Shown here piece by piece: positions 56,227 through 64,000 of a stretch of DNA of 64,000 nt; within the stretch, counting starts at the first letter, position 1, and every line of letters starts with the position of its first letter. A program made the translations under genes and the position numbers. A model generated the notes under the pieces. It was not told where the DNA came from. It did not search any database and saw nothing but the letters and a program-made list of their open reading frames with translations. Source of the DNA: Anaerolineales bacterium (GTDB lineage Bacteria; Chloroflexota; Anaerolineae; Anaerolineales; Villigracilaceae); the NCBI GenBank assembly GCA_020060625.1, contig JAGUZU010000087.1, positions 8,500 through 72,499 on the forward strand, written 5' to 3'.

Positions 56227-57378
56227 ATGGCTACCGGGGAACGGATACTCATCGTCGAAAACGACCCAACCATTGCGGATTTGATCGGCAGGCAAGCGCT
56301 CCAACCGCTTGGCTATCAGGTGACTGTGATGCGCGATGCCGCATCCGCGCTGAAACAGGCGCTTCAGACTCCCCCGGACCTGATTCTATCCAGTTTGAAT
56401 TTCCCCGGTTTGAGCGGTAAAGACCTGCTGACGGCGCTGAATTCGAAAAATGTGAAGTCGCCCGTCCTCGTGATCGCCGAAAAGGGGCAGGAAATGGACG
56501 CGATCCAGGCGTTCCGTCTTGGCGCGATGGACGTGCTTTTCTGGCCCCTGCGCGATGCCGAAGTCGTTGCCATCGTGGAACGCGCCCTGCGTCAAACGCA
56601 GGAGGCGCGTGAAAGACAAAAACTGGACCGCCAATTGAAGGCGACGAACGAGCAATTACAAAAAAGGCTGAGAGACCTGACCACGATCCTTGCCACTGCA
56701 AAGGCGGTGGTTTCGGTCACCGACCAGCGGAAGTTGTTCGACCGCATCCTTGAAAGCGCCATCCAGGTGACCGAAGCGGACATGTGCTGGCTGATGTTGA
56801 AAGAGGAACGGAAGAACGTCTTTTACATGCGGGCGCACCGCAACCTGCCCGCTGCCTGGGCGGCAAAAATAAACCAGCCTGTGGATGACGGGATCAGCTC
56901 GCTGGTGGCGCTTTCTGGTGAAAGCCTGCTGATGAACGGCTCGCCGCTGCAAAAATTCAAACTGGCGGCGCTTGGCAAGGCGGCTGGGGTGATTCCCATC
57001 AAGATACAGGGAGAGGTGATCGGACTGTTCATCGTTGCGCGCAAAGAGGATCGCGGTTTTTCACACGAAGAACAGACCCTGCTCGAAGCGATGGCGGATT
57101 TCGCCTCCATTTCGCTGGTGAACGCAAGGTTGTTTCGCGCCCTGCAAGACACCGTCGAAAGCGCTCGCGCGGGCGAGAAACATCGTTACGCCGCGCTTGA
57201 ATCCCTGCGCGAGGCGATACAAGGTGAAGTACAATCGGCAGGTTCCCGCCTTAACCTGCTTCTGACAGAGATGCCGGGAGCCTTGACTGAAGAACAGAGA
57301 AAGAACCTGGAAGCGGCACAAGCGACGTTGCGGCGACTTCTGTATTCCTCTGAGAAGACGGTCCCGCCCTCGAAATAA
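56227..57378 (+). CDS. Response regulator: receiver plus GAF domain
   Basis: ILIVENDPTIADL, DLILSSLNFPGLSG, VLVIAEKG receiver motifs. Coiled coil, then a GAF-like region. Confidence 0.8.
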   Translation: MATGERILIVENDPTIADLIGRQALQPLGYQVTVMRDAASALKQALQTPPDLILSSLNFPGLSGKDLLTALNSKNVKSPVLVIAEKGQEMDAIQAFRLGAMDVLFWPLRDAEVVAIVERALRQTQEARERQKLDRQLKATNEQLQKRLRDLTTILATAKAVVSVTDQRKLFDRILESAIQVTEADMCWLMLKEERKNVFYMRAHRNLPAAWAAKINQPVDDGISSLVALSGESLLMNGSPLQKFKLAALGKAAGVIPIKIQGEVIGLFIVARKEDRGFSHEEQTLLEAMADFASISLVNARLFRALQDTVESARAGEKHRYAALESLREAIQGEVQSAGSRLNLLLTEMPGALTEEQRKNLEAAQATLRRLLYSSEKTVPPSK

Positions 57379-57399
57379 AAGAGTTTTATTTTGGAGAAC

Positions 57400-58851
57400 A
57401 TGGCAAAACAGGAAATGATCTTGCTGGCGATGGACCCATCGCCCACGCTGGATTTGATGCAGCGCGCCCTGTCGGCGGCGGGGTTTGAAGTCGCCATCGT
57501 CCATAACCGCCCGGCGCTGGATAAATCCGTGCAGGAGGCGATCCCGTCGTTGATGCTCATCGGTGATACGTTCGCAGGGCAGGACGGGCTGACCGTTTCG
57601 AGCGAGATGCTTGCGCGTTTTCCCACGCTCCCGATCATCCTTTATGCGAATCAGGACACAACCGGGCTTGCCAAATCCATATTGAAGAAGGGGTTGAGCG
57701 GCTATCTCTATCCGCCGCTCAAAATGGCGGACATTGTGGATGAAGTTCAACGGTGTCTTGTCCGCGCGCGGACGCTGGGGGATTGGCTGCGGCGCGAGGT
57801 CAAGCGCACAACGGCGTCGCTGGAGGAAAAAGCCCATATCTCCGAAACAGAACGGGTCAAGTTGGAGGCGATCATTGCGAACATCCAGGACGGCGTGATC
57901 GTCATGGATGAGGGTCAGAATATCCTGTTGATCAACCGGGCGGTGCGGGAGATATTCAATCTTGGCGAAGAAACGCCGCTGACGGGAAAGTCCCTGAAGG
58001 CGGTCATCACGAACGACGACTTGCATGCCTTGTTGGATCGTACCAATGAGGGCGTGTTGAAATATCACGAAATCAATTTCGACGACGGGCGGGTCTTCAA
58101 TGCGCAATATACGCCCATTCCGAAGATCGGCAGCGCGGTAACCATGCAGGATATTTCCTATTTGAAGGAACTCGACCGCATGAAGAGCGATTTTATTCAC
58201 ACGGTTTCCCACGACCTGCGCTCCCCGTTGACATCCATTCTCGGTTACATGGAATTGATCGAACGCACCGGACCGTTGAACCAGAATCAACAGGAATTCA
58301 TGCAGCGGCTTCAGGGAAGCGTCCAGCATATTACCAGTTTGGTCAACGACCTGCTCGACCTGGGGCGGTTGGAGGCGGGTTTCGATACGCGCCGCGAGAC
58401 CGTGTATCTTGAAAACGTTCTCCGGTACTCGCTGGATATGTTCGATACGCAGATCAGGAAGAAGAAGATACAACTGGATGTGGAGATCGCCCCGGGCTTG
58501 CAGCCCGTGCGCGCAAATCCCATCCGCATCCGCCAAATGCTGGATAACCTCCTCGGCAATGCGATCAAATACACCCCGAACGAAGGGCGCATCCGCGTGC
58601 GCATCTCCATGGAGGAGGAGCAGGTTGTGCTTCGCGTGGAGGATACGGGTCCCGGAATTCCGCCCGACGAGCAGAATCGCATTTTCGAAAAATTCTATCG
58701 CGCCTCGAACCGCCCTGATGACGTGACCGGCTCCGGGCTCGGGCTGGCAATCGTCAAATCCATTGTGGATAGTCACCAGGGGCGGGTATGGGTGGAATCG
58801 ACGCTGGAGCGCGGGTCCACGTTTGCCGTCCTTTTGCCGGCGGGGGAGTAG
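57400..58851 (+). CDS. Sensor histidine kinase with N-terminal receiver-like domain and PAS domain
   Basis: H-box FIHTVSHDLRSPLTSILGY, N-box NLLGNAIKYTP, G1 DTGPGIP, G2 GSGLGLAIV. ATG 57400 after GGAGA. Confidence 0.88.
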   Translation: MAKQEMILLAMDPSPTLDLMQRALSAAGFEVAIVHNRPALDKSVQEAIPSLMLIGDTFAGQDGLTVSSEMLARFPTLPIILYANQDTTGLAKSILKKGLSGYLYPPLKMADIVDEVQRCLVRARTLGDWLRREVKRTTASLEEKAHISETERVKLEAIIANIQDGVIVMDEGQNILLINRAVREIFNLGEETPLTGKSLKAVITNDDLHALLDRTNEGVLKYHEINFDDGRVFNAQYTPIPKIGSAVTMQDISYLKELDRMKSDFIHTVSHDLRSPLTSILGYMELIERTGPLNQNQQEFMQRLQGSVQHITSLVNDLLDLGRLEAGFDTRRETVYLENVLRYSLDMFDTQIRKKKIQLDVEIAPGLQPVRANPIRIRQMLDNLLGNAIKYTPNEGRIRVRISMEEEQVVLRVEDTGPGIPPDEQNRIFEKFYRASNRPDDVTGSGLGLAIVKSIVDSHQGRVWVESTLERGSTFAVLLPAGE

Positions 58852-58915
58852 TTTTTCGATAATTCACCTAAGTTGTCACCTTCAAAGGGGTAATAGGAAA
58901 TTCGCCTGTTTTGAA

Positions 58916-58971
58916 CCGCCGAGGCGCAGAGGGCGCGGAGTTCTTCATGAATTTCTCTGCGACTCTGCGGT
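58916..58971. repeat. Hairpin repeat ACCGCcgagGCGCAGAG ... CTCTGCGactCTGCGGT
   Basis: Inverted arms read directly. Lies just after the kinase gene and may also act as its terminator. Confidence 0.55.
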
Positions 58972-58980
58972 AAAAAAGTA

Positions 58981-59008
58981 GATAAGGTAGCAACTTAGTA
59001 CCTTATCA
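58981..59008. repeat. Perfect 9-bp palindrome GATAAGGTA-n9-TACCTTATC. Its right arm is the left copy of a 14-nt inverted repeat bracketing the nuclease islet
   Basis: TTAGTACCTTATCA at 58995-59008 and its reverse complement at 60842-60855. GATAAGGTA also recurs directly at 60843-60851. Confidence 0.7.
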
Positions 59009-59066
59009 ATGAAATTCTTGTTTTTTGCCTGCACTGTGACGCAGGCACACGTGTGCAAGGTTTTTT

Positions 59067-59130
59067 CCACCACAGAGAACACGGAGATCACGGAGAAACC
59101 CTTTTTGAAATCTCTGTGCGCTCTGTGGTG
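59067..59130. repeat. Hairpin repeat of the CACCACAGAG family
   Basis: CCACCACAGAGAACACGGAGATCACGGAG ... TCTCTGTGCGCTCTGTGGTG. Confidence 0.7.
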
Positions 59131-59368
59131 AAATCTCTTTCGGCTTGTCCGAGTTAGGTTATTCCAATTAAAAATGCTGCCGCCGGGAAACCCAGCGGCA
59201 GCTTTCGCCAAAGGAGGAGACAGGGGTGAGCATTGGAGGTGTCTTCTTGCCGTCTCCTGATTCATGTTAATCCATGTTTCTCTTTTTCACCATGTCAAAT
59301 GTCACAGATTGAAAGTGATAATATTCACAAACTGTCACAGGATATTCAAAAAGTCTTTTGTCTTGAGG

Positions 59369-59986
59369 TTATTCAAGGTTTAACACAGTTTGACGTATTT
59401 CCTGCCAAAATTGCAAATGTTCTCTTTTGATACCGCTTGCACGCTGATATTCAAATTCAAGCCATTTGGTGTATTCGTCAATAATATCCTGGGGATTGCT
59501 TATTAAGCGCATGTAATATTTCAACGATGGAATAACGCCATTGACAATAATCTGGCATGAGTGAATTTTCTTGTATTTTTCTATTTCCTGCATAACTGCT
59601 TCGTGGTCGTCAAAATTCGGCTCGCTCGTTGTCAAAATGTAATAGCGGTCAATATCTGTATTTCTGATTTTTCGATAAGCCACGCCAACCATATCGGCGG
59701 TGATTGGCTTGTTATGTTTAACTTCAACCGATTCAAAGCAGGAATTATCAGCATTGTTCACATCAATATCACCCAGAGATTTTGATCTTGAATCGGGGCT
59801 TGTATGTGCTTCCAAGGGCGCGAGGAACTTCCCAGAGTATCTTCTGGATTCATTTACGAGAACAATATACATAGAATACATCGCCAGGACAAACAACTTT
59901 CTGCTGGCAAATTTAGCACATGAGAGATATTGAGATATCGCCTTCGTCGCATCGTCAGGATAAACTTTATTGAAGTTAATCTGCAT
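59369..59986 (-). CDS. PD-(D/E)xK-type nuclease candidate (205 aa)
   Basis: GDIDV ... ESVEVKH fits the D...(D/E)xK catalytic core. AT-rich. 11-nt overlap with the upstream PLD gene. Confidence 0.55.
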   Translation of the reverse strand: MQINFNKVYPDDATKAISQYLSCAKFASRKLFVLAMYSMYIVLVNESRRYSGKFLAPLEAHTSPDSRSKSLGDIDVNNADNSCFESVEVKHNKPITADMVGVAYRKIRNTDIDRYYILTTSEPNFDDHEAVMQEIEKYKKIHSCQIIVNGVIPSLKYYMRLISNPQDIIDEYTKWLEFEYQRASGIKREHLQFWQEIRQTVLNLE

Positions 59987-60842
59987 TGCTAAGTTTCCAT
60001 TTACTATCTACTCTCACAACCTTCCCATTCTCTTGTAAATACTCTTGCGCCCTGCGGACATAGTGCTTCCACTTTTTCCCATAATGTTGCCCGTTAATTA
60101 CCCGGTCAATAGAGTCGTCGCAAATGTCAGGATGAATCAATTGAACTTCTCTGTGTATCTGCCCCGTCGTGAGTCCGTCTTTATGTTTTTGAAGAACGAA
60201 CAAGATGGTGTCGCAAAATAAAGCGTTGACAGTTTTCCCTTTACGTATTCTATTGGCAAGTAAAACATCTTGTAATTCCTCTTGAGATTGTTGGGCTTTC
60301 CTTTGCAACGATTTAGTTGCATTGTTGACTTCAATTCCTTTCTTATTTTGCGCGAGTTCGTCAATTTTATTTTCAACAATATCCAGAAACTCGCGAGAAA
60401 CAACGCCGCCCAAATTCATATATGCATATATGTCGTCTAAAATTACCTGTACGGCGTTTCCTCCATTGATGACGACGCCATATTCATAATTTTTCCATAA
60501 CCCTCCATTTGTAAGGTTTGCCGACGTTACCAATGCAGTGGATTTATCAGCGACAAACACTTTCGCGTGCAAATAAGGCAGGCTAACTATAGACGTGGTC
60601 TGAAATTCATCAAGCAATAAACGCAGCGCTGAAGTATCAAGGCTTTTTGATAGGACATTTTCTACTGAGACATTCGTTAACACCGATACTTTTGTTATAG
60701 ATGGCGATTTTATTGCGATAAGCCAATCTATTGCCGCCTTTTTGATATATGGCGAAGCGATTATCAGGTCTGATTGACATTTGTCAATTAAACGCTGTAG
60801 ATGAGGCTGTATTGGGGATGAGATTAGCTGGAAATTTTCCAT
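59976..60842 (-). CDS. Single-HKD phospholipase-D-family nuclease fused to a C-terminal winged-helix (Mrr_N-like) domain
   Basis: HAKVFVADKSTALVTSAN fits HxK(x)4D(x)6(G/T)SxN. Central coiled coil. C-terminal LTTGQIHREV...WKHYVRRAQEYLQENGKV resembles restriction-system wHTH. Confidence 0.7.
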   Translation of the reverse strand: MENFQLISSPIQPHLQRLIDKCQSDLIIASPYIKKAAIDWLIAIKSPSITKVSVLTNVSVENVLSKSLDTSALRLLLDEFQTTSIVSLPYLHAKVFVADKSTALVTSANLTNGGLWKNYEYGVVINGGNAVQVILDDIYAYMNLGGVVSREFLDIVENKIDELAQNKKGIEVNNATKSLQRKAQQSQEELQDVLLANRIRKGKTVNALFCDTILFVLQKHKDGLTTGQIHREVQLIHPDICDDSIDRVINGQHYGKKWKHYVRRAQEYLQENGKVVRVDSKWKLSNAD

Positions 60843-60930
60843 GATAAGGTACTAAAGAAAGCCCCGCCCAACCCTCGATAAACAACTTCGAACTCGCGTC
60901 CGCCGGTGATGGAACAGGCAAAATAAACGT

Positions 60931-61539
60931 TCATTTGCGCGGCAGGCGGGAGAGAATGGACGAATCGCGTTTTCTCTGCGAAGGGTCGGCGGCTTTGCCG
61001 GAGCGCATGCTTTCCAACTCGGCGCTGAGCCGCATCCAGTCGTTGACCAAAATGACGAGGTGCGGGCTTTTATCCTTGAAGAATAACGGGGATAGAAAAA
61101 AACGCAGCGCAGTCCGCGACATGGGCAATGCGTTCAACTCGATGACAATGGCAGTCAGCCTTGCCAGCGGCTCGATGATCTCCGCCTGCGATTTCGAGAC
61201 GCTCTTCGGAGGAAACAAACCGCCCATGGTGGAGGGCGAACTGCGCCGGATTCTCTTATAGGAAATATTCAAACGCAGGAAGGGCGTTGCCAGCCGCAGG
61301 TGATCGCTGAACGGTTGAACGTAGGCGCTTTTTCGAAACACAAGCAACAACAGCCCGAGGAAAACATTCAAGCCTCCCACGCTTGCAAGGGCGAGCCAGC
61401 GCCATTGTTCGAACCCCCACGAATACACCGCCCAAGCCAGCCCGAGCAGGGCAAACCCAAGCACAAGCACCGCGGGCCACCAGCGGTTGACCATGTGGGT
61501 ATAAATGACCAGTGGATAACGACGTCCGCCTTTTGCCAT
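60931..61539 (-). CDS. Membrane protein (2 TM plus cytoplasmic domain), function unknown
   Basis: Two hydrophobic helices near the N-terminus. Last gene of the ssb operon (2-nt gap to the translin-like gene). Confidence 0.55.
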   Translation of the reverse strand: MAKGGRRYPLVIYTHMVNRWWPAVLVLGFALLGLAWAVYSWGFEQWRWLALASVGGLNVFLGLLLLVFRKSAYVQPFSDHLRLATPFLRLNISYKRIRRSSPSTMGGLFPPKSVSKSQAEIIEPLARLTAIVIELNALPMSRTALRFFLSPLFFKDKSPHLVILVNDWMRLSAELESMRSGKAADPSQRKRDSSILSRLPRK

Positions 61540-61541
61540 GC

Positions 61542-62225
61542 CTATTGACTCCCCTTTGACTTGCGAACGCTTCCCTCCCGACCTTGAGCCTGTTCGCCGT
61601 TTAATTGAGCGATCAACTCCCCGATGGCTTGTTCAAGGTGCTCGCCCCGCAGGCTGAAGGTAATGTCGCCGCGCGTCTTTTCGATGATGCCGCGCGCCAG
61701 ATCGGTCTGCCGGCGCAGACCGTTGGTGATGGCGTCGGGGTAATCCATGGTGACCATCACGGAGTAGATATCGTCCATGTAACCGAGCAGGCGTTCCGCC
61801 TCTGCGGAATATCCGTGACGGAGGATGTCCAACGTGCGGCGGCGCAGTTCGCCGACAACTTCCGCCAAACCGTTGAGATAGGTCGCGGGTTCAACGACCA
61901 GTTCTTCGGGAGTCTGAAGCGGTTCGCTGCGGATCAGGGCGCAGGTGACGTTCGCTTCCACGAATTCCTTGAGCGCGTCCTGCGTGTATCCCGCGTAGTA
62001 AAGGTCGGGATGCGATGCGAGCGAGTCGCGCAATGTATCCGCAAGTTGACGCGCCTCGCTGAGTTGGGCGTTCATCGTTTCGGCGTCGTCGCGATGCACG
62101 GCGCGGATCGCCAGCGAACAGGCGCGCGTGAGTTGACGCGCCTGGGCTAACGCATGGTCGCGGGCGGTTGTGCGGGCATCGAAACTTTTTCGAATCTGTT
62201 CGGCGATGTGTTCCAGTTTGCGCAT
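61542..62225 (-). CDS. Translin-family nucleic-acid-binding protein
   Basis: All-helical 227 aa. YLNGLAEVVGELRRRTLD matches the COG2178/translin signature as I recall it. Confidence 0.6.
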   Translation of the reverse strand: MRKLEHIAEQIRKSFDARTTARDHALAQARQLTRACSLAIRAVHRDDAETMNAQLSEARQLADTLRDSLASHPDLYYAGYTQDALKEFVEANVTCALIRSEPLQTPEELVVEPATYLNGLAEVVGELRRRTLDILRHGYSAEAERLLGYMDDIYSVMVTMDYPDAITNGLRRQTDLARGIIEKTRGDITFSLRGEHLEQAIGELIAQLNGEQAQGREGSVRKSKGSQ

Positions 62226-62227
62226 GG

Positions 62228-62572
62228 CTATTCTTTGGGAGGTTCCGGGGGCGGCGGTCCTTGAAACGGGCGGAAGAGATTTTCAGCAAGCGTGCTGTTG
62301 GTGGGGACGTTGATCTCGCCGAATGCGGCTTCGTACCGCGCCAGGTTTTCCGTAAGCGCCCGTACCAGTAATTTTGCGCTGAGCGGCGTCATCACCACGC
62401 GCGCGCGGACTTTTGCGCGCGGTTCGCCGGGCAGGAGGTGCGCAAAGTCCATGACGATGTCGGAGGGAGAGTGCGCGATGCGGGCAAGGTTGGCGTAAAC
62501 GATCTCGAGGTCTGCGGGGAGTTCGAGCGCCGGACCGACAGGCTTGGGGGGAGGCGTTTGGGGAGTGGTCAT
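62228..62572 (-). CDS. DUF3467-like small protein
   Basis: YANLARIAHSPSDIVMDFAHLLPG...ARVVMTPLSAKLL pattern. Confidence 0.6.
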   Translation of the reverse strand: MTTPQTPPPKPVGPALELPADLEIVYANLARIAHSPSDIVMDFAHLLPGEPRAKVRARVVMTPLSAKLLVRALTENLARYEAAFGEINVPTNSTLAENLFRPFQGPPPPEPPKE

Positions 62573-62584
62573 GGGGCTGCTTCG

Positions 62585-63010
62585 TTAGAAGGGAATATCG
62601 TCTTCGGGGGGGATCTCCGCCATGTCCGCGCCGCCGCCTGAAACGGGACCGCTTTCCGTTTCTCCGCGGGCGGAAAGGAAGCGCACGGTTTGGGCGGTGA
62701 CTTCAAAGGAGGCTCCGGCGGTGCCATCCTGCTTGGTCCAGATGCGGGGTCCGCCTGTGGTTTTATCCGGCGTGAGGCGTCCTTCGATCAAGACCTTGGA
62801 ACCTTTCTTGAGATATTGGTTGCAGACTTCGGCGGTCTTGCCCCAGGTGGAGATGCGGAACCAGATGGTCTCCTTGACCTGCTCGCCGCTTCCGGAAGTG
62901 TATTGGCGGTTGGTCGCAACAGAAAATGAAGTGACAGCCTGACCGGAAGGCGTGTAGCGCATTTCCGGGTCCCTGCCTACGTTGCCTACGATGATGAGGG
63001 TATGGTACAT
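62585..63010 (-). CDS. ssb: Single-stranded DNA-binding protein
   Basis: OB fold IIVGNVGRDPEMRYTPSGQAVTSFSVATNR, Gly-rich linker, acidic tip DDIPF. Confidence 0.93.
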   Translation of the reverse strand: MYHTLIIVGNVGRDPEMRYTPSGQAVTSFSVATNRQYTSGSGEQVKETIWFRISTWGKTAEVCNQYLKKGSKVLIEGRLTPDKTTGGPRIWTKQDGTAGASFEVTAQTVRFLSARGETESGPVSGGGADMAEIPPEDDIPF

Positions 63011-63161
63011 GGGGGAACTCCTTGTGTTTGAGGTACCCGTCGAAAAACGGCGGGGAAAGCGTGACGGTTTCCATTTTACACTACTCGCCTTTTGTAAGAA
63101 AGTAATTTCAGAAACTGTCTTTACACAATAAATCGTTCAACAGACCCGGAGGAGAAAAGCC

Positions 63162-63695
63162 ATGACTGAAACCGCCCCAAAACGTTATCACCCCGCCCAT
63201 GTCGTCATCCACTGGCTGATGGCATTGCTTGTGTTTATGATGCTTGCCACTGGCAAGTTCGTGCTGCCGGGCGTTGCGCCGGAAGACCCGCAAAAGGCTG
63301 GAATGCTTCAGACCCATGCCTACACTGGCGGCGCGATCACCCTGCTGCTGATTGCCCGCCTTGTTCTGCGCTTTACGACCAAACGCCCCGCGCCCGCCGA
63401 CGCCGGGAACGCCTTCCTGAACTTTCTTGCCAGGGCTGTGCATTTTCTTTTGTATCTGCTGTTGATCGGCATGGCAGTGAGCGGACTTGGGTTGTTCCAA
63501 TTGGCGAACCTGCCTGCCGTGTTCAGCGGCGCCGCGCCGTATCCTTCCAACTTCTTTGATTACCTGCCGCGCGGCGGTCATGGACTTTTCTCCTGGCTAC
63601 TGCTGGCGCTGGTCTTACTGCACTTCGGAGCGGCAATGTTCCATCAATTCATCAAAAAGGACAACCTGCTGGGGCGCATGTGGTTTGGAAAGTAG
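63162..63695 (+). CDS. Cytochrome b561 family protein
   Basis: Four TM helices with conserved His (HVVIHWLMALL, HAYTGG, VHFLLY, LHFGAAMFH). Confidence 0.8.
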   Translation: MTETAPKRYHPAHVVIHWLMALLVFMMLATGKFVLPGVAPEDPQKAGMLQTHAYTGGAITLLLIARLVLRFTTKRPAPADAGNAFLNFLARAVHFLLYLLLIGMAVSGLGLFQLANLPAVFSGAAPYPSNFFDYLPRGGHGLFSWLLLALVLLHFGAAMFHQFIKKDNLLGRMWFGK

Positions 63696-63704
63696 GCTAA
63701 AATT

Positions 63705-63739
63705 ACTTCCGAAGTTGTGAGACTTCGGAAGTTTTTTTT
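63705..63739 (+). terminator. Rho-independent terminator
   Basis: ACTTCCGAAGT tgtgag ACTTCGGAAGT followed by TTTTTTT. Confidence 0.85.
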
Positions 63740-63749
63740 GGAGGCAAAC

Positions 63750-64000
63750 ATGACGGTAAAACATTCGAATGACGTGGAGGCGAAGAGCGTCGCGGCTGGA
63801 AAAGACACGACCATTCAGGTCCTGATCTCCTCACAGGAGGGACCGAACTTCGCCTTGCGGAAGTTTTCCATGCAGCCCGGCGGCGGGATGCCGCGCCACA
63901 CCAACACGCTGGAGCATGAGCAATACGTCCTGCGCGGCGAAGCGACGATTACCATCGGTGACGAAACGCATCACGTCCAGACCGGGGACGTGGTCTTCAT
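63750..64000 (+). CDS. Cupin-domain protein, 3' end beyond window
   Basis: ATG 63750 after GGAGG. GGGMPRHTNTLEHEQYVLRGEATITIGDE is a cupin motif 1. Open to the window end, so absent from the ORF track. Confidence 0.7.
   Translation, partial: MTVKHSNDVEAKSVAAGKDTTIQVLISSQEGPNFALRKFSMQPGGGMPRHTNTLEHEQYVLRGEATITIGDETHHVQTGDVVF

Noticed and set aside
57061-58776. 571-aa ORF on the minus strand
   Set aside because: Antisense to the histidine kinase gene with clear H, N, G1 and G2 boxes. Shadow ORF.
1-64000. Integrase, transposase, prophage or conjugative genes that could explain the islets
   Set aside because: All ORFs above about 60 aa on both strands were read. None shows tyrosine/serine recombinase, DDE or HUH motifs or phage structural signatures. 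Mobility of the cassettes therefore remains unexplained within this window.

Overview
GC-rich bacterial chromosome segment. Gene content and repeat families suggest a Chloroflexota/Anaerolineae-like organism, but that is inference only.

Backbone genes:
- opp-like peptide ABC transporter, a response regulator and tRNA-Gln
- glmU-cdd-recO
- a PHP phosphoesterase and a metallophosphoesterase/flavoprotein pair
- a fused glyQS, then dnaG-rpoD
- a complete 14-gene nuoA-N operon
- glgP, a rhodanese and a DUF4173-like membrane protein
- a pterin cluster (folE, folK, folB, SDR, phenylalanine-hydroxylase-like)
- a glycosyltransferase operon and a response-regulator/histidine-kinase pair
- an ssb-DUF3467-translin operon, cytochrome b561 and a cupin

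No rRNA, CRISPR array, integrase or transposase was seen.

Most interesting parts:
1. 11.1-16.9 kb. Six pieces of one TIR-domain reading frame (five decayed, one full-length but frameshifted in a C7 tract) alternate with compact toxin-antitoxin or HNH cargos. The array ends in a vapBC cassette flanked by two diverged copies of the glyQS promoter and 5' end. This looks like a cassette array with no recombinase in view.
2. 58.9-60.9 kb. A visibly AT-rich islet encodes a single-HKD PLD nuclease fused to a winged helix, translationally overlapped with a PD-(D/E)xK nuclease. No methyltransferase is present. A 14-nt inverted repeat brackets the islet.
3. A family of degenerate 7-nt tandem-repeat arrays. 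They sit directly in front of start codons and in nuo intercistronic gaps. Two 63-nt copies (9 x 7 nt = 21 codons) lie in frame inside glyQS.

Several other hairpin repeat families fill most remaining intergenic spaces. All domain calls come from motifs read by eye. No database search was possible.
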